IMG/VR virus record: IMGVR_UViG_3300034683_000273
Length of the DNA: 25,790 bases
DNA from: an uncultured virus (IMG/VR IMGVR_UViG_3300034683_000273)
Taxonomy: Duplodnaviria > Heunggongvirae > Uroviricota > Caudoviricetes
Strand: one strand, 5' to 3'
This document shows positions 16,085 through 25,500 of the stretch, piece after piece. The translations under genes and the position numbers were made by a program. Position 1 is the first letter of the stretch; every line of letters begins with the position of its first letter. A model generated the notes under the pieces. The model searched no databases and was not told the DNA's origin. It saw only the letters and a list, made by a program, of their open reading frames with translations.

Positions 16085-17221
16085 TTAATCCTCCATAATT
16101 TCATTGAATTCGTTTTTTGCGTCTGATACATTCATTGCCTGCCTCTTATCCGAAAGAGGAACGAGGGTCGGCTTTCCGGGTGGTTTGATTACGAGGCCGC
16201 CCAGGATTTCCTCGAACTGCTTTTTGCCCATCAGCTTCTGCATTTCTGTCAGCGTGATAAGGCTCTGACGGTAAATATCCGTGTAACCGTGTTCCTTGGC
16301 TGCCGCCGCCACCGCATCCTCATCGGAAAACTTACGGTTAGAACGACCTTCCACAACCTTGAACCCGCTCCACTGCTTACCGTGGTTAAGTGCCGCCTCC
16401 AGGGCATAGGCACTGATTTCATTTGCCCACTTGGTGATATCCGGCAACATCGGGAGAATTTCTTCAATCTCCTCATCCGTAAGCAAAGGCGGAAGCTTGA
16501 ATTCTTCCTCTGCAATACGGAGTTTTTCTGCTGCCCTTGCACGGCACTTGACCGCTGCACGGCAGAACTGACACCATTCTCCGGGGCAATATTCGCCTTC
16601 GCCCTTGGCAGCTATCTGTGCCTTGGGTTTCAGTTCGTTTTCCGCCCAATCCTTCAACTCCTCCACGGATACCGTCCATGTCTGGACGTTTTCACGTCTT
16701 GGTTGAAATATTGAAAGTGAAACTTCCTTGATGTCATATAGGCTTTCATAGACACCAAGGGCTGCGATGCCGTAACACATGAGCTGCGTATTTCGTTCCG
16801 CATCTACAAGGACTCCGAGTCCGTACTTCGCATCAATAATGTGAAGGGTGTCATCTGAAACCATCAGACAGTCTGCCGTTCCGAAAGACCCCGGCACAAA
16901 ATCCGAGAGGTCAACCTTCTGCTCAATCAGCACCAGTGGATCAGGACAGGTCTGCTTTGCTTTTTCAAGCTGCTCCAACACAAACTCCACATAGCCGTCA
17001 GAGTGTTCTTCCATCTCATCGGTGTTGAATGCGGAAACAGGTCTTTTACTGCGTCTGCGGAGTGCCTTCTTCAGCTTGTGTTCGCATAATGCGTGAAAAG
17101 CGGTACCTTCCTCGGCAGCATTACTGCTCTTGTTTTCAAACTCCGTTTCCAGAACCGCACTTGGAGTGCAAGAAAGCCACCTGTGTGAACTGGAAGGAGA
17201 AAGAAGTGCGTGATTACCCAT
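16085..17221 (-). CDS. DUF2800 family PD-(D/E)XK (Cas4-like) nuclease
   Basis: Start ATG 17221 (MGNHALLSPSSSHRWLSC). EEGT..H, GTADC, IIDAKYG, C-terminal WCQFC...C cluster. Confidence 0.9.
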   Translation of the reverse strand: MGNHALLSPSSSHRWLSCTPSAVLETEFENKSSNAAEEGTAFHALCEHKLKKALRRRSKRPVSAFNTDEMEEHSDGYVEFVLEQLEKAKQTCPDPLVLIEQKVDLSDFVPGSFGTADCLMVSDDTLHIIDAKYGLGVLVDAERNTQLMCYGIAALGVYESLYDIKEVSLSIFQPRRENVQTWTVSVEELKDWAENELKPKAQIAAKGEGEYCPGEWCQFCRAAVKCRARAAEKLRIAEEEFKLPPLLTDEEIEEILPMLPDITKWANEISAYALEAALNHGKQWSGFKVVEGRSNRKFSDEDAVAAAAKEHGYTDIYRQSLITLTEMQKLMGKKQFEEILGGLVIKPPGKPTLVPLSDKRQAMNVSDAKNEFNEIMED

Positions 17222-17567
17222 TGCCAAGCACCTCCGCATCCTTAATAAGGTCTGCGTAATGCTTCGGGTCCACATCCGACAGCTTAGTGCCGCCGTACTT
17301 GGTAATCAGACCTTTGACCTCGGCCGTCATTCCGTTCTGCGTTTTTACCGCAAGTACGGCACGGACATCTGCCAATGAAGGTACTTTTTCTGCTGCTATC
17401 TGTTTTGCGGGTTGTCCTGTTTCGACAGGCTTCGACACTTCCTTGGCTTCTACGAAGATTTCCTGGCTATCTGCAAAAGCATAAGCCACAGCCTCCAGTC
17501 CGTCTGCCAACGAGTGCATCAGCTTCACCACATCAAGGAGCAGGTTAAACTTGTTTGCGTTTGTCAT
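17214..17567 (-). CDS. Conserved phage hypothetical protein, 117 aa
   Basis: SLADVRAVLA.K...G...EVK.LI.KYG..KLS.VDP.HY..L..DAE C-terminus, typical of the gene preceding DUF2800. Confidence 0.8.
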   Translation of the reverse strand: MTNANKFNLLLDVVKLMHSLADGLEAVAYAFADSQEIFVEAKEVSKPVETGQPAKQIAAEKVPSLADVRAVLAVKTQNGMTAEVKGLITKYGGTKLSDVDPKHYADLIKDAEVLGNG

Positions 17568-17763
17568 GGTTTTCGCCTCCTTTCAGTTCGTGAATCTCGA
17601 CAGTCTGCACCGAGTCGCCGGGGGACAGAACCAGGACGTTTACCTGCTGACCAAAGAGAAAATCAAGTATTCTCTTACGAATCTGCATCGTTTCACTTCG
17701 GACTACCGGAGAAGGTGTACCGCCGGGTTTTGCAATGTTGATAGAGATTTTGTGTTTTACCAT
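17545..17763 (-). CDS. Conserved phage hypothetical protein, 72 aa
   Basis: RBS AAAGGAG; C-terminal LSPGDSVQTVEIHE; first gene after motif copy 2. Confidence 0.75.
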   Translation of the reverse strand: MVKHKISINIAKPGGTPSPVVRSETMQIRKRILDFLFGQQVNVLVLSPGDSVQTVEIHELKGGENHDKRKQV

Positions 17764-17797
17764 TGCACTTGGCTCCTTTCCGAGGAGTTTTTCTCAC

Positions 17798-17840
17798 CCC
17801 TCTGTCCATAAGCAAAAAATGAAGGGGAATCGAACCCCCT
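17798..17840 (-). promoter_or_regulatory. Conserved 43-bp motif copy 2 (putative phage-specific promoter)
   Basis: AGGGGGTTCGATTCC-N12-GCTTAT-GGACAGAGGG directly after the sigma-like gene and before the replication operon. Confidence 0.65.
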
Positions 17841-17854
17841 CAAATCAACTTTTT

Positions 17855-18343
17855 TCAAATTTTCTTTTTGAGCGTTGCGTAAATCTTTGTGAGCCTGTTA
17901 CGGATGGCTGCCTCGGAGACACCTTCGTCTGCTGCAATTTGCACATTGGTCATGCCACGATAGAACTTCTTAACAATGGTGTCCTTCTGCTTGTCCGTTA
18001 GTTCCGAAAGAGCAACCTTCAGCTTTTCCATACGGGCGGAACGCTCTTCGTTTGCGATGGAAGTGAGAATCTGCTGCAAAGGATTGTAGGTATCGTCCTC
18101 AAGGTATGGGTTGCGGTCATCCGCATCGTCGCCGTCCCCATCGTGATAGCCGTCCAAGTGAACCGGGCAATGATATGCCTCTCTACGCTGTGCATCCAGT
18201 TCGTCATCATCCATGCCGTGAAGCTGTGAGATAATGGTTGCGTTCTCTCCGTTTTTGCCGGGAGTGATGGTGTAGCTTGTACCATCGTTGAAGTAGTAAA
18301 TGTAATTTGTACGGTTGTCTTCCGCTGTTTTGAACTTTCTCAT
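17855..18343 (-). CDS. Sigma70 region-4 HTH transcriptional regulator
   Basis: C-terminal ALSELTDKQKDTIVKKFYRGMTNVQIAADEGVSEAAIRNRL; no obvious sigma region 2. Confidence 0.85.
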   Translation of the reverse strand: MRKFKTAEDNRTNYIYYFNDGTSYTITPGKNGENATIISQLHGMDDDELDAQRREAYHCPVHLDGYHDGDGDDADDRNPYLEDDTYNPLQQILTSIANEERSARMEKLKVALSELTDKQKDTIVKKFYRGMTNVQIAADEGVSEAAIRNRLTKIYATLKKKI

Positions 18344-18585
18344 TTAAAGTCCCTGCCTTTCTTTTCCGCCCGATTGGGTGGCGGCAGGGACACAAAAAGA
18401 GCCGATGTTATGGTACACACCGACTCTGATACCGAAAATGGGCATGGCAAAGCACGGTGGGTACATCTTTGGTCAGTCCACGGCTATACCGTGAATTTGA
18501 CTCTTGATGTATCCCGCCGCCTTAAGGTCGACCACTTCGGGCATTGGAATATTTTTTATTTTTCGGGGCTGTTGCCTTTCGACAC
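18344..18585 (-). ncRNA. Putative structured cis-regulatory leader RNA
   Basis: Long nested hairpin (18455-18519), terminator (18392-18427) and RBS-sequestering hairpin (18349-18391), all downstream of TATAAT at 18590-18595. Confidence 0.55.
18392..18427 (-). terminator. Intrinsic terminator inside the leader of the sigma-like gene
   Basis: Minus strand: AGAGTCGGTGT-GTACCATA-ACATCGGCTCT followed by TTTTGT. Confidence 0.7.
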
Positions 18586-18617
18586 TTTAATTATATCTAC
18601 AAGACCCCCAAAACCTC

Positions 18618-18744
18618 GAATCTCGACGAGTTACAGGCATACACGCAAAAAATCCCTGTTTTCCATACATTTCTGTGCTTTGAGAAATGCAGAGAACAGG
18701 GATTTCACTTCTATTAGGGGTTAAATCGTAACTCGCCGAGTTAC
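18618..18744. promoter_or_regulatory. Pair of 17-bp palindromic operators flanking a long inverted repeat
   Basis: GTAACTCG-C-CGAGTTAC (18728-18744, perfect) and GAATCTCG-A-CGAGTTAC (18618-18634); inverted repeat 18650-18663/18692-18705. Confidence 0.65.
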
Positions 18745-18784
18745 TAAAATTTTTATTTTTTCTTAGTAATCTAAATTATACTTA

Positions 18785-18834
18785 CAAAAGTTCACACAAA
18801 AGTCATTTCAAAAGTAATTACATTGTGCTATAAT
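18785..18834 (+). promoter_or_regulatory. Promoter of the RM operon with three CAAAAGT direct repeats
   Basis: Extended -10 TGCTATAAT (18826-18834); CAAAAGT at 18785, 18797 and 18809 (12-bp period); RBS AAGGAGG before 18868. Confidence 0.7.
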
Positions 18835-18867
18835 GTAAAATAGCGATAAGTATAAGGAGGGCAAACA

Positions 18868-19077
18868 ATGTCTGAAACAAAGAAAAGCATTACTCCAATG
18901 GAGCATTACAATATGTCAGATTTCCTTCGTGGTCAGTCTTCACGAATTATTACCACCATATCAGAAGAGGACAAAGCAGGATTTGTCCTGAAAAACGGTA
19001 AGCCTATGGCAGTTATCATTTCAAATGAAAGATACAAACGACTGCTACAGGCTGGTATCGACATTAACGAATATTAA
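18868..19077 (+). CDS. Phd/YefM-family antitoxin-like DNA-binding protein, 69 aa (no adjacent toxin)
   Basis: YNMSDFLRGQSSRII......GFVLKNGKPMAVIISNERY matches the Phd/YefM pattern (i.d.....s.i.....p..I.knGkP.aVl.s.e.y). Confidence 0.8.
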   Translation: MSETKKSITPMEHYNMSDFLRGQSSRIITTISEEDKAGFVLKNGKPMAVIISNERYKRLLQAGIDINEY

Positions 19078-19096
19078 TCCGGAGGAATCAGATATT

Positions 19097-21259
19097 ATGG
19101 CTAAAGCTAAGATTACAGAAGTTATGATGGACGACAAGACCATTGATGCATCCAAAGAAATAGCAATGGTATTTTCTATTGCAAACACATTAAGAGGGCC
19201 TTACAAGCCGGACAAATATAAGGATGTTATCATTCCGATGACCATCCTCCGCCGTCTTGAATGTGCCTTGGCAGCAACGAAAACCGCAGTGGTAGACACA
19301 TACAAGAAGAATCCGAAAGCACCTGCCCAGCTATTGTGTAAGAAGTCAGGCTATCAGTTCTACAATACTTGCGAATATGATTTGAAAAAGTTACTTACAG
19401 AAGCTCCTGCTATTGTAGAGAATCTCACTTTTTATGTTGAATCATTTTCTCCTAATGTGCAGGCAATTTTTGAAGAACTGAAATTTAAAGAAGAAATCAA
19501 AAACCTTGATAAGAACAACCGCTTGCTTGGCGTTGTTAAGAAATTCTCTGAACTGGACTTAGATCCTGAAAAAGTCGATAACCTAAAGATGGGTTATATG
19601 TTCGAGGAAATCATCCGTAGATTCTCTGAAAATGCGTCTGCAGGTGACCACTACACTCCTCGTGAAGTTATCCGTCTTCTGACAAGCATTTTGCTTGCTG
19701 AAGGATGCAGTGACATTTTCAGCGAAGGTCGTGAAGTTACCGTATTGGATATGGCCTGTGGTACAGGTGGTATGCTTGCTACTGCTCACGATTTCATTGT
19801 GCGTATGAACCCGGATGCCAATGTTCGTCTGTTTGGACAGGAAAACAGTCCTGAGTCCCACGCTATCTGCCTTGCAGATATGTTGATTAAAAACCAGGCT
19901 GCAGAAAACATCCGCTTTGCTGACACTATGAAAGAGGACTGTTTTGAAGACACCGATATGCGTTTTGTCATCGTAAATCCGCCGTTTGGCGAATCCTGGG
20001 GTGGCAAAGATGCCGGAGATGGTGTTGAAAAAGCTGTCCGTAAAGAACACAAAAAAGGAAAAGACGGCAGATTCCCTGCAGGTCTTCCTGCGACCGGAGA
20101 TATGCAGTTGCTTTTCATGCAGCACGCCGTTGCAAAAATGCAGAAAAAAGTTGGTCGCGCTGCTATCATCACTAACGGTTCTCCTCTTTTCTCCGGAAAC
20201 ACAACCAGTGGTGAAAGCCAGATTAGAAGATATCTGCTTGAAAATGACTTGGTAGAAGCTATCATCGGACTGCCTTCTCAGTTGTTCTACAACACTGACA
20301 TTGCTATTTACGCCTTCATTCTTTCTAAGGGAAAAAGAGATGAACGCAAAGGCAAGGTTCAGTTTATTGATGCAACAGATATGTGGACTCCTTTGAAACG
20401 CTCTCTCGGTAAAAAGCGTAGAGAAATTTCCAAAAAGCAGATTACACTCATTACTGAAATGTATTCTGATTTCGCCCCTGGCAAGAAAACAATATGGGAT
20501 GAAAAACGCAAGCATGACTGTGTGATTGAAAGCAAAATATTTGACCGTGAGGAATTCCTTTATAAAGAATGGTCTGTGTACCAGCCTCTTCAGCGTAGTG
20601 GTGCTATCAATGCGGATACTATTGAGGCACTTCGCAACAGTGCTTATTTCACAGCGAACACAAACATTTTCAATGAAGCAAAATTTGAGGAATTAGAACA
20701 GACAAACCCTCGTAGTGATGCCGATGAAAAAGCATATCAGAAGCAGATTAAGGGACGTGAGTTCACTGCTGCCGTTATCGAAGCGTTGACCGCTCATATC
20801 TCCGACACCGTATATACCGATTTTTCAAAGTTTGAGATTGCTCTGAAAAAGGCACTTGCGGATGTGGATGGATTGTCTCCTTCTCGCTTGGGTGGAATTG
20901 CTATGGAAATGTCGGCTATCGATAAGACAGCCGTTGTTCAGAAGGACAAAAAAGGCCATATCATTATTGACTCTACTACTAAGGACACAGAAATCATCCG
21001 TTTGAACCAGGATGTTAAGGCTTATATGGAGGCTGAAGTATTCCCTCATATTCCAGATGCTATTTACTGCTACGAGTTTGACGAGAAAAAGGCTGAAAGT
21101 GCAACAAACAAGGAACGTTTAGGTGCTGAATTCCCGTTCACACGCTATTTCTACGAATACCGTGAACCGGAAAAAGCTGATGATTTGCTGGCTCAGTTTA
21201 TGGAATTAGAGGCTTCCCTGTCCGAGAAAATTGCTGCCTTGCAGAAAGGGGCAAAGTAA
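19097..21259 (+). CDS. hsdM: Type I restriction-modification methyltransferase subunit M
   Basis: Start ATG 19097 after GGAGGA. YKDVIIPMTILRRL, GDHYTPREV, LDMACGTGGML, VNPPF, NGSPLFSG, FTRYFYEY. Confidence 0.96.
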   Translation: MAKAKITEVMMDDKTIDASKEIAMVFSIANTLRGPYKPDKYKDVIIPMTILRRLECALAATKTAVVDTYKKNPKAPAQLLCKKSGYQFYNTCEYDLKKLLTEAPAIVENLTFYVESFSPNVQAIFEELKFKEEIKNLDKNNRLLGVVKKFSELDLDPEKVDNLKMGYMFEEIIRRFSENASAGDHYTPREVIRLLTSILLAEGCSDIFSEGREVTVLDMACGTGGMLATAHDFIVRMNPDANVRLFGQENSPESHAICLADMLIKNQAAENIRFADTMKEDCFEDTDMRFVIVNPPFGESWGGKDAGDGVEKAVRKEHKKGKDGRFPAGLPATGDMQLLFMQHAVAKMQKKVGRAAIITNGSPLFSGNTTSGESQIRRYLLENDLVEAIIGLPSQLFYNTDIAIYAFILSKGKRDERKGKVQFIDATDMWTPLKRSLGKKRREISKKQITLITEMYSDFAPGKKTIWDEKRKHDCVIESKIFDREEFLYKEWSVYQPLQRSGAINADTIEALRNSAYFTANTNIFNEAKFEELEQTNPRSDADEKAYQKQIKGREFTAAVIEALTAHISDTVYTDFSKFEIALKKALADVDGLSPSRLGGIAMEMSAIDKTAVVQKDKKGHIIIDSTTKDTEIIRLNQDVKAYMEAEVFPHIPDAIYCYEFDEKKAESATNKERLGAEFPFTRYFYEYREPEKADDLLAQFMELEASLSEKIAALQKGAK

Positions 21260-22593
21260 TGGAAACTATGAAACAAACGGGTATCCAGTGGATTGGCGAA
21301 ATACCATCTGACTGGAATACCAAAAGAATAAAATACATGGCTAATTTAAAAGGTCGTATAGGTTGGCAGGGACTCACATCCGATGAATACCAGGACGAGG
21401 GTGCATACCTTATCACAGGTGTTGACTTTGCCGATGGCGGCATTGATTGGGAAAACTGCGTTCATGTACCGATGAAACGTTGGGAAGAAGCAAAAGATAT
21501 CCAAATTCAAAATGGAGACCTTTTGATTACCAAGGACGGCACCATCGGAAAAGTAGCAATTGTATCCGATATGCCGGGCGAAACATCTCTTAATAGTGGT
21601 GTTCTTCGTATTATGCCAATCGAAGGCTATAGCCGTAGATTTCTTTACTGGGTAATCAAGTCCGATGAATTCTGGAATTGGTTTAATTTTAGAAATGCCG
21701 GCAACAGCACTATTATTCATCTGTATCAAGGTGATTTTGCCGAGTTCCTTTATGCTTTTCCAAGTTACGAGGAACAAGAAGCTATCGCCGATTTTCTTGA
21801 TGAGCATTGCAGTAAATTGGATAGCATTATTGCTGACCTCGAAAAGCAAATTGAAACACTCAAGGCTTATAAAAAGTCACTTATTACCGAAGCCGTAACA
21901 AAAGGACTTGATAACAATGTACCAATGAGGGATAGCGGAATTGCTTGGTTTGGACGTATTCCTATGGCTTGGAAAATCAAAAAAATAAAATATGTTGTAG
22001 ACTCAATACGAGATGTTGACCATTATATGCCCAATGATGCGTTAGACAACAGTAATAGTGTTCCATATATTATGACTGGTGATTTGAAGGAAACACTTTC
22101 TTCTATTGATTTTGAAATGTGTAAGCAGATTACCGAAAATGATTATGTAAGGCTATCACAAAAAGTTACCCCTAATGAAGGAGATGTCATTTTTGCAAGA
22201 TACGCTACTATCGGTACGGTTGCTTATGTTGATGTGGAAAGAAAATGTGTAATTTCGTATTCTTGCGTAACGATTAAACCTTCAAAAAGTACTTTATACG
22301 GAAAGTATTTGTTTTACTATCTCAAATCACTTGCATTCGGAGAAGAGGTCAAAAAATTTATTAACATAAACACGCAAGGAAATGTAGGAATCGAATCCTT
22401 AGGTCAAAGTTATATAACTATTCCTTCTCTTGATGAACAGATTGTTATATCAGAATGGCTCGACCAAAAGAGCAAAATTATTGATAGCACAATTTCAAAT
22501 AAAGAAGACCAGCTAAACAATATGCGTATGCATAAGGCTTCTCTCATTTTCGAATATGTCACAGGAAAAAAATGTGTAAAGGAGGTTCAGTAA
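21259..22593 (+). CDS. hsdS: Type I RM specificity subunit S (two TRDs)
   Basis: Repeated MKQTGIQWIGEIPSDW / MRDSGIAWFGRIPMAW and PSYEEQEAIADFLD / PSLDEQIVISEWLD; TAATG overlap with hsdM. Confidence 0.95.
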   Translation: METMKQTGIQWIGEIPSDWNTKRIKYMANLKGRIGWQGLTSDEYQDEGAYLITGVDFADGGIDWENCVHVPMKRWEEAKDIQIQNGDLLITKDGTIGKVAIVSDMPGETSLNSGVLRIMPIEGYSRRFLYWVIKSDEFWNWFNFRNAGNSTIIHLYQGDFAEFLYAFPSYEEQEAIADFLDEHCSKLDSIIADLEKQIETLKAYKKSLITEAVTKGLDNNVPMRDSGIAWFGRIPMAWKIKKIKYVVDSIRDVDHYMPNDALDNSNSVPYIMTGDLKETLSSIDFEMCKQITENDYVRLSQKVTPNEGDVIFARYATIGTVAYVDVERKCVISYSCVTIKPSKSTLYGKYLFYYLKSLAFGEEVKKFININTQGNVGIESLGQSYITIPSLDEQIVISEWLDQKSKIIDSTISNKEDQLNNMRMHKASLIFEYVTGKKCVKEVQ

Positions 22594-22594
22594 T

Positions 22595-25500
22595 ATGCCT
22601 ATTAAAGCAGACCAACTTCGAGAAAAAGAAGATTATCAAAAATTGATTATGGAACGCTTGCATGAAGACAACGATTTCCGTATTCGCCCAAACACGGCAT
22701 ATAAGCCGGGATTGGCTATGGACACAGAGATGCTTCTTGAGTTCCTGGAGGACACCCAGCACGATGAAATGGAACACCTCCGCCGTATGTATAAAGACCG
22801 TACAGAAGAAACGGTTATTAATTATATCAATGCTGAAATCAACAAGGAAAGCCGTGGCTTGATTGACGTTATCAAGCACGGTGTTGAATTCGACAATGGT
22901 GCCACACTGAAACTGATGTATCGCAAGCCGGACAGCACCATCAATACCCAGGCTGTTGCAAACTACAAAAAGAATATCTTCTCCGTCATGGAGGAGGTAT
23001 ACCACAAAGCCGATGAGCGTGTAGATTTAGTTCTTTTCCTCAACGGTCTGGCGATATTTGCTATTGAGTTGAAATGCAACACATCCGGTCAGACTTACAA
23101 AGATGCCATCAAACAGTATAAGGAAGAGCGCGATGCCACTACCCGTCTTTTCAAGACCAAGGTCGGTGTTTTCGCTGCTTTCGCTATGGATTTGAACGAA
23201 GCATATTTTACAACCGAACTCAAAGGTGCAGATACCTTCTTTAATCCATTCAATATTGGCGAGAATTTCGGCAAAGGAAATCCTCATAACGAAGATGGCT
23301 TGAATGTTTCCTATATGTGGGAAAACATCTGGACGAAGGATAAAATTCTGTTCTTGATTGAACGCTTTATTTACATCAAGAAGAAAGAAACTCGCAATGC
23401 CGACACCGGAAAAATCAAAAAATCCAAGGTGCTAATTTTCCCTCGTTTCCATCAGCTTCGTGCCGTGGAACGTGTTATGAACGATGTCATTATCAACCAC
23501 ACATCCTGCAACTATCTCATCGAGCACTCTGCAGGCAGTGGTAAAACTGAAACAATTTCCTGGTTGGCTCATATACTTGCAACCGTTCATGACGCGAACA
23601 ACGATAATGTATTTGATACGGTTCTAATTATCACCGACCGTATCATCGTTGACCGTCAGCTTCAAGAGGCTATCCTCGGCATCGAGCATAAAAGCGGCCA
23701 GGTAAAAGTTATGGATGACAAGTGCGATTCAGAAGATCTGGCTATCGCTCTTGGCGGAAACACGAAAATTGTTGTTACCACAATTCATAAGTTCTACTAT
23801 ATCCTCAATAACAATCTGCTCGGCGACCTTAAGAACAAGAAATTCGCAGTGCTGATTGATGAGGCTCACTCTTCCACCGAAGGCGTTTATATGCAGTCAG
23901 TTACCAATGTTCTGACCAATGAGGAAGATGAGGAAGAGAAAACCGAAGAAGATAAAATGCTTGAAGAAATCCAGAAAAGCGGTAAGCAGAAAAATGTTTC
24001 TATGATTGCTTTTACTGCTACTCCTAAACCAGATACCCTTCAGCTTTTCGGTACCCTTAACGCAGAGGGTAAGAAAGAATCCTTTGACCTGTATTCCATG
24101 AAACAGGCTATTGAAGAAGGATACATACTGAATGTTCTGGACAACTATGTTACCTGGAAAACCTACTGCCACATCAACAAGGCTATCGAAGGTGACCCTG
24201 AACTTCAATCCATTGCTGCAAAACGCAAAATGGCTCGATTCATTGATTTGCATGATACCAACATTGCTCAAAAGGTTGAAATCATCATCGAGCATTTCAG
24301 AGCCAATGTTGTGGGTTGTCTTGGTGGAAAAGCAAAAGCAATGGTAATTACATCCTCCCGCCCTGCTGCCGTTAAATACAGACAAGAGTTTGAAAATTAT
24401 ATCCAAGCAAAGGGTTATTCCGGAATCAAAGCACTTGTAGCCTTTTCCGGCAAAGTAAAACTGAACGATACAGAATACACCGAACCTGTTATGAACGGCT
24501 TTAAGGAAGAAGAACTGCGATACGAATTTGACCGTAGCTGCTACCAGGTACTTATTGTTGCAGATAAATATCAGACCGGGTTTGACCAGCCGAAATTGGT
24601 GGCAATGTATGTCGACAAGCGTCTGCGTGGTGTACAGGCAGTACAGACACTCTCTCGCTTGAATAGAATTTGCCCTCCTTATGATAAGACCACTTTTGTC
24701 CTGGACTTCAAAAACAGCTACGATGATATCAAGGCAGCTTTTGAACCTTACTACAAGGATACCGTTTTATTTGAGACTATTTCGCCGTCCGACATTCGTG
24801 ACCTCGACCGTGAGATTGATGCCTACGAATTCTTGGATGCAGACGATATTGATGAATTTAACACTTATCTGTATAAGGAAAACCGCACTTCCAAGGACAA
24901 GCAGCGTATGTGGGCATTGCTCGACAGTGCATTAAAGCTGATTACCAAGCGTCCTGAACTGGAGCAGATGGAAATCAAGATTACGATTCGCCGTTTCTTA
25001 AAGGGATATTGTTTCCTTATCCAGGCTACGGCTTATGAAAATCTTGAATTCCATAAGAGATATAACTTCCTCTCCTACTTGATTAAGGAACTCAATCCTG
25101 GTGGCGGCGGAAACAACTTTGATATTGCGGACAAAATTACCGTAAGCGATTTTAGACAAAAGCAGATGGAGAAACACGAAGGCGAAGAAATCGAAGCCAA
25201 GCCGGAAGTAAAAATCAAGAAGCCAAAGCCTGCAAGTATTGAAGAAGAACAGAAAAAACTGCTTTCCCAGATCATTGATGAGGTAAACGCTCTGTATGAT
25301 AAAGACTACGAGCCAGATTTCACTACGAAGGCAGCAATGCAAATCCGCGACCTGCTTTTGAAAAATCCTACACTCAAAGACCGTCTTGAAAAGAGCGCCA
25401 AGAATAACACCTTAAGTGAATTCAAATTCACATACGATGACTGCGTGCAGGACGCATTGGTAGAAGGCTATGACCATAATGTTGATTTCTATACTCTTCT

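Larger units (their letters stand above)
1..18600 (-). mobile_element. Prophage / phage-like integrated element (regulation, replication, methylation and packaging modules); boundaries lie outside the window or are uncertain
   Basis: Co-directional minus-strand array of phage hallmark genes: TerL, TerS, HNH, late activator, SNF2, VRR-NUC, VirE, antirepressor, PolA, DUF2815, DUF2800. No integrase or att site is visible. The RM operon to the right may be cargo of the same element. Confidence 0.9.

Noticed and set aside
15490..16098. 202-aa plus-strand ORF
   Set aside because: Antisense mirror of the DUF2815 gene.
16085..17221. CRISPR-Cas system suggested by the Cas4-like nuclease
   Set aside because: No repeat-spacer array or other cas genes; the gene sits in the standard DUF2800-DUF2815-PolA phage block.
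17820..17840. tRNA or tRNA-derived att site (GGGGG-TTCGATT-CCCCT looks like a T-arm)
   Set aside because: No acceptor, D or anticodon arms. The second copy at 13200-13214 keeps the sequence but not the stem, and both copies are internal to the phage gene array, so a DNA motif fits better.
18374..18724. 116-aa plus-strand ORF as a possible repressor
   Set aside because: No HTH pattern or RBS; overlaps the structured leader, promoter and operators.
19025..19096. Longer hsdM start given by the ORF track
   Set aside because: Overlaps the Phd-like gene; GGAGGA precedes ATG 19097.
19583..20515. 310-aa minus-strand ORF
   Set aside because: Antisense shadow of hsdM; Phe/Ser-rich composition typical of reverse frames.
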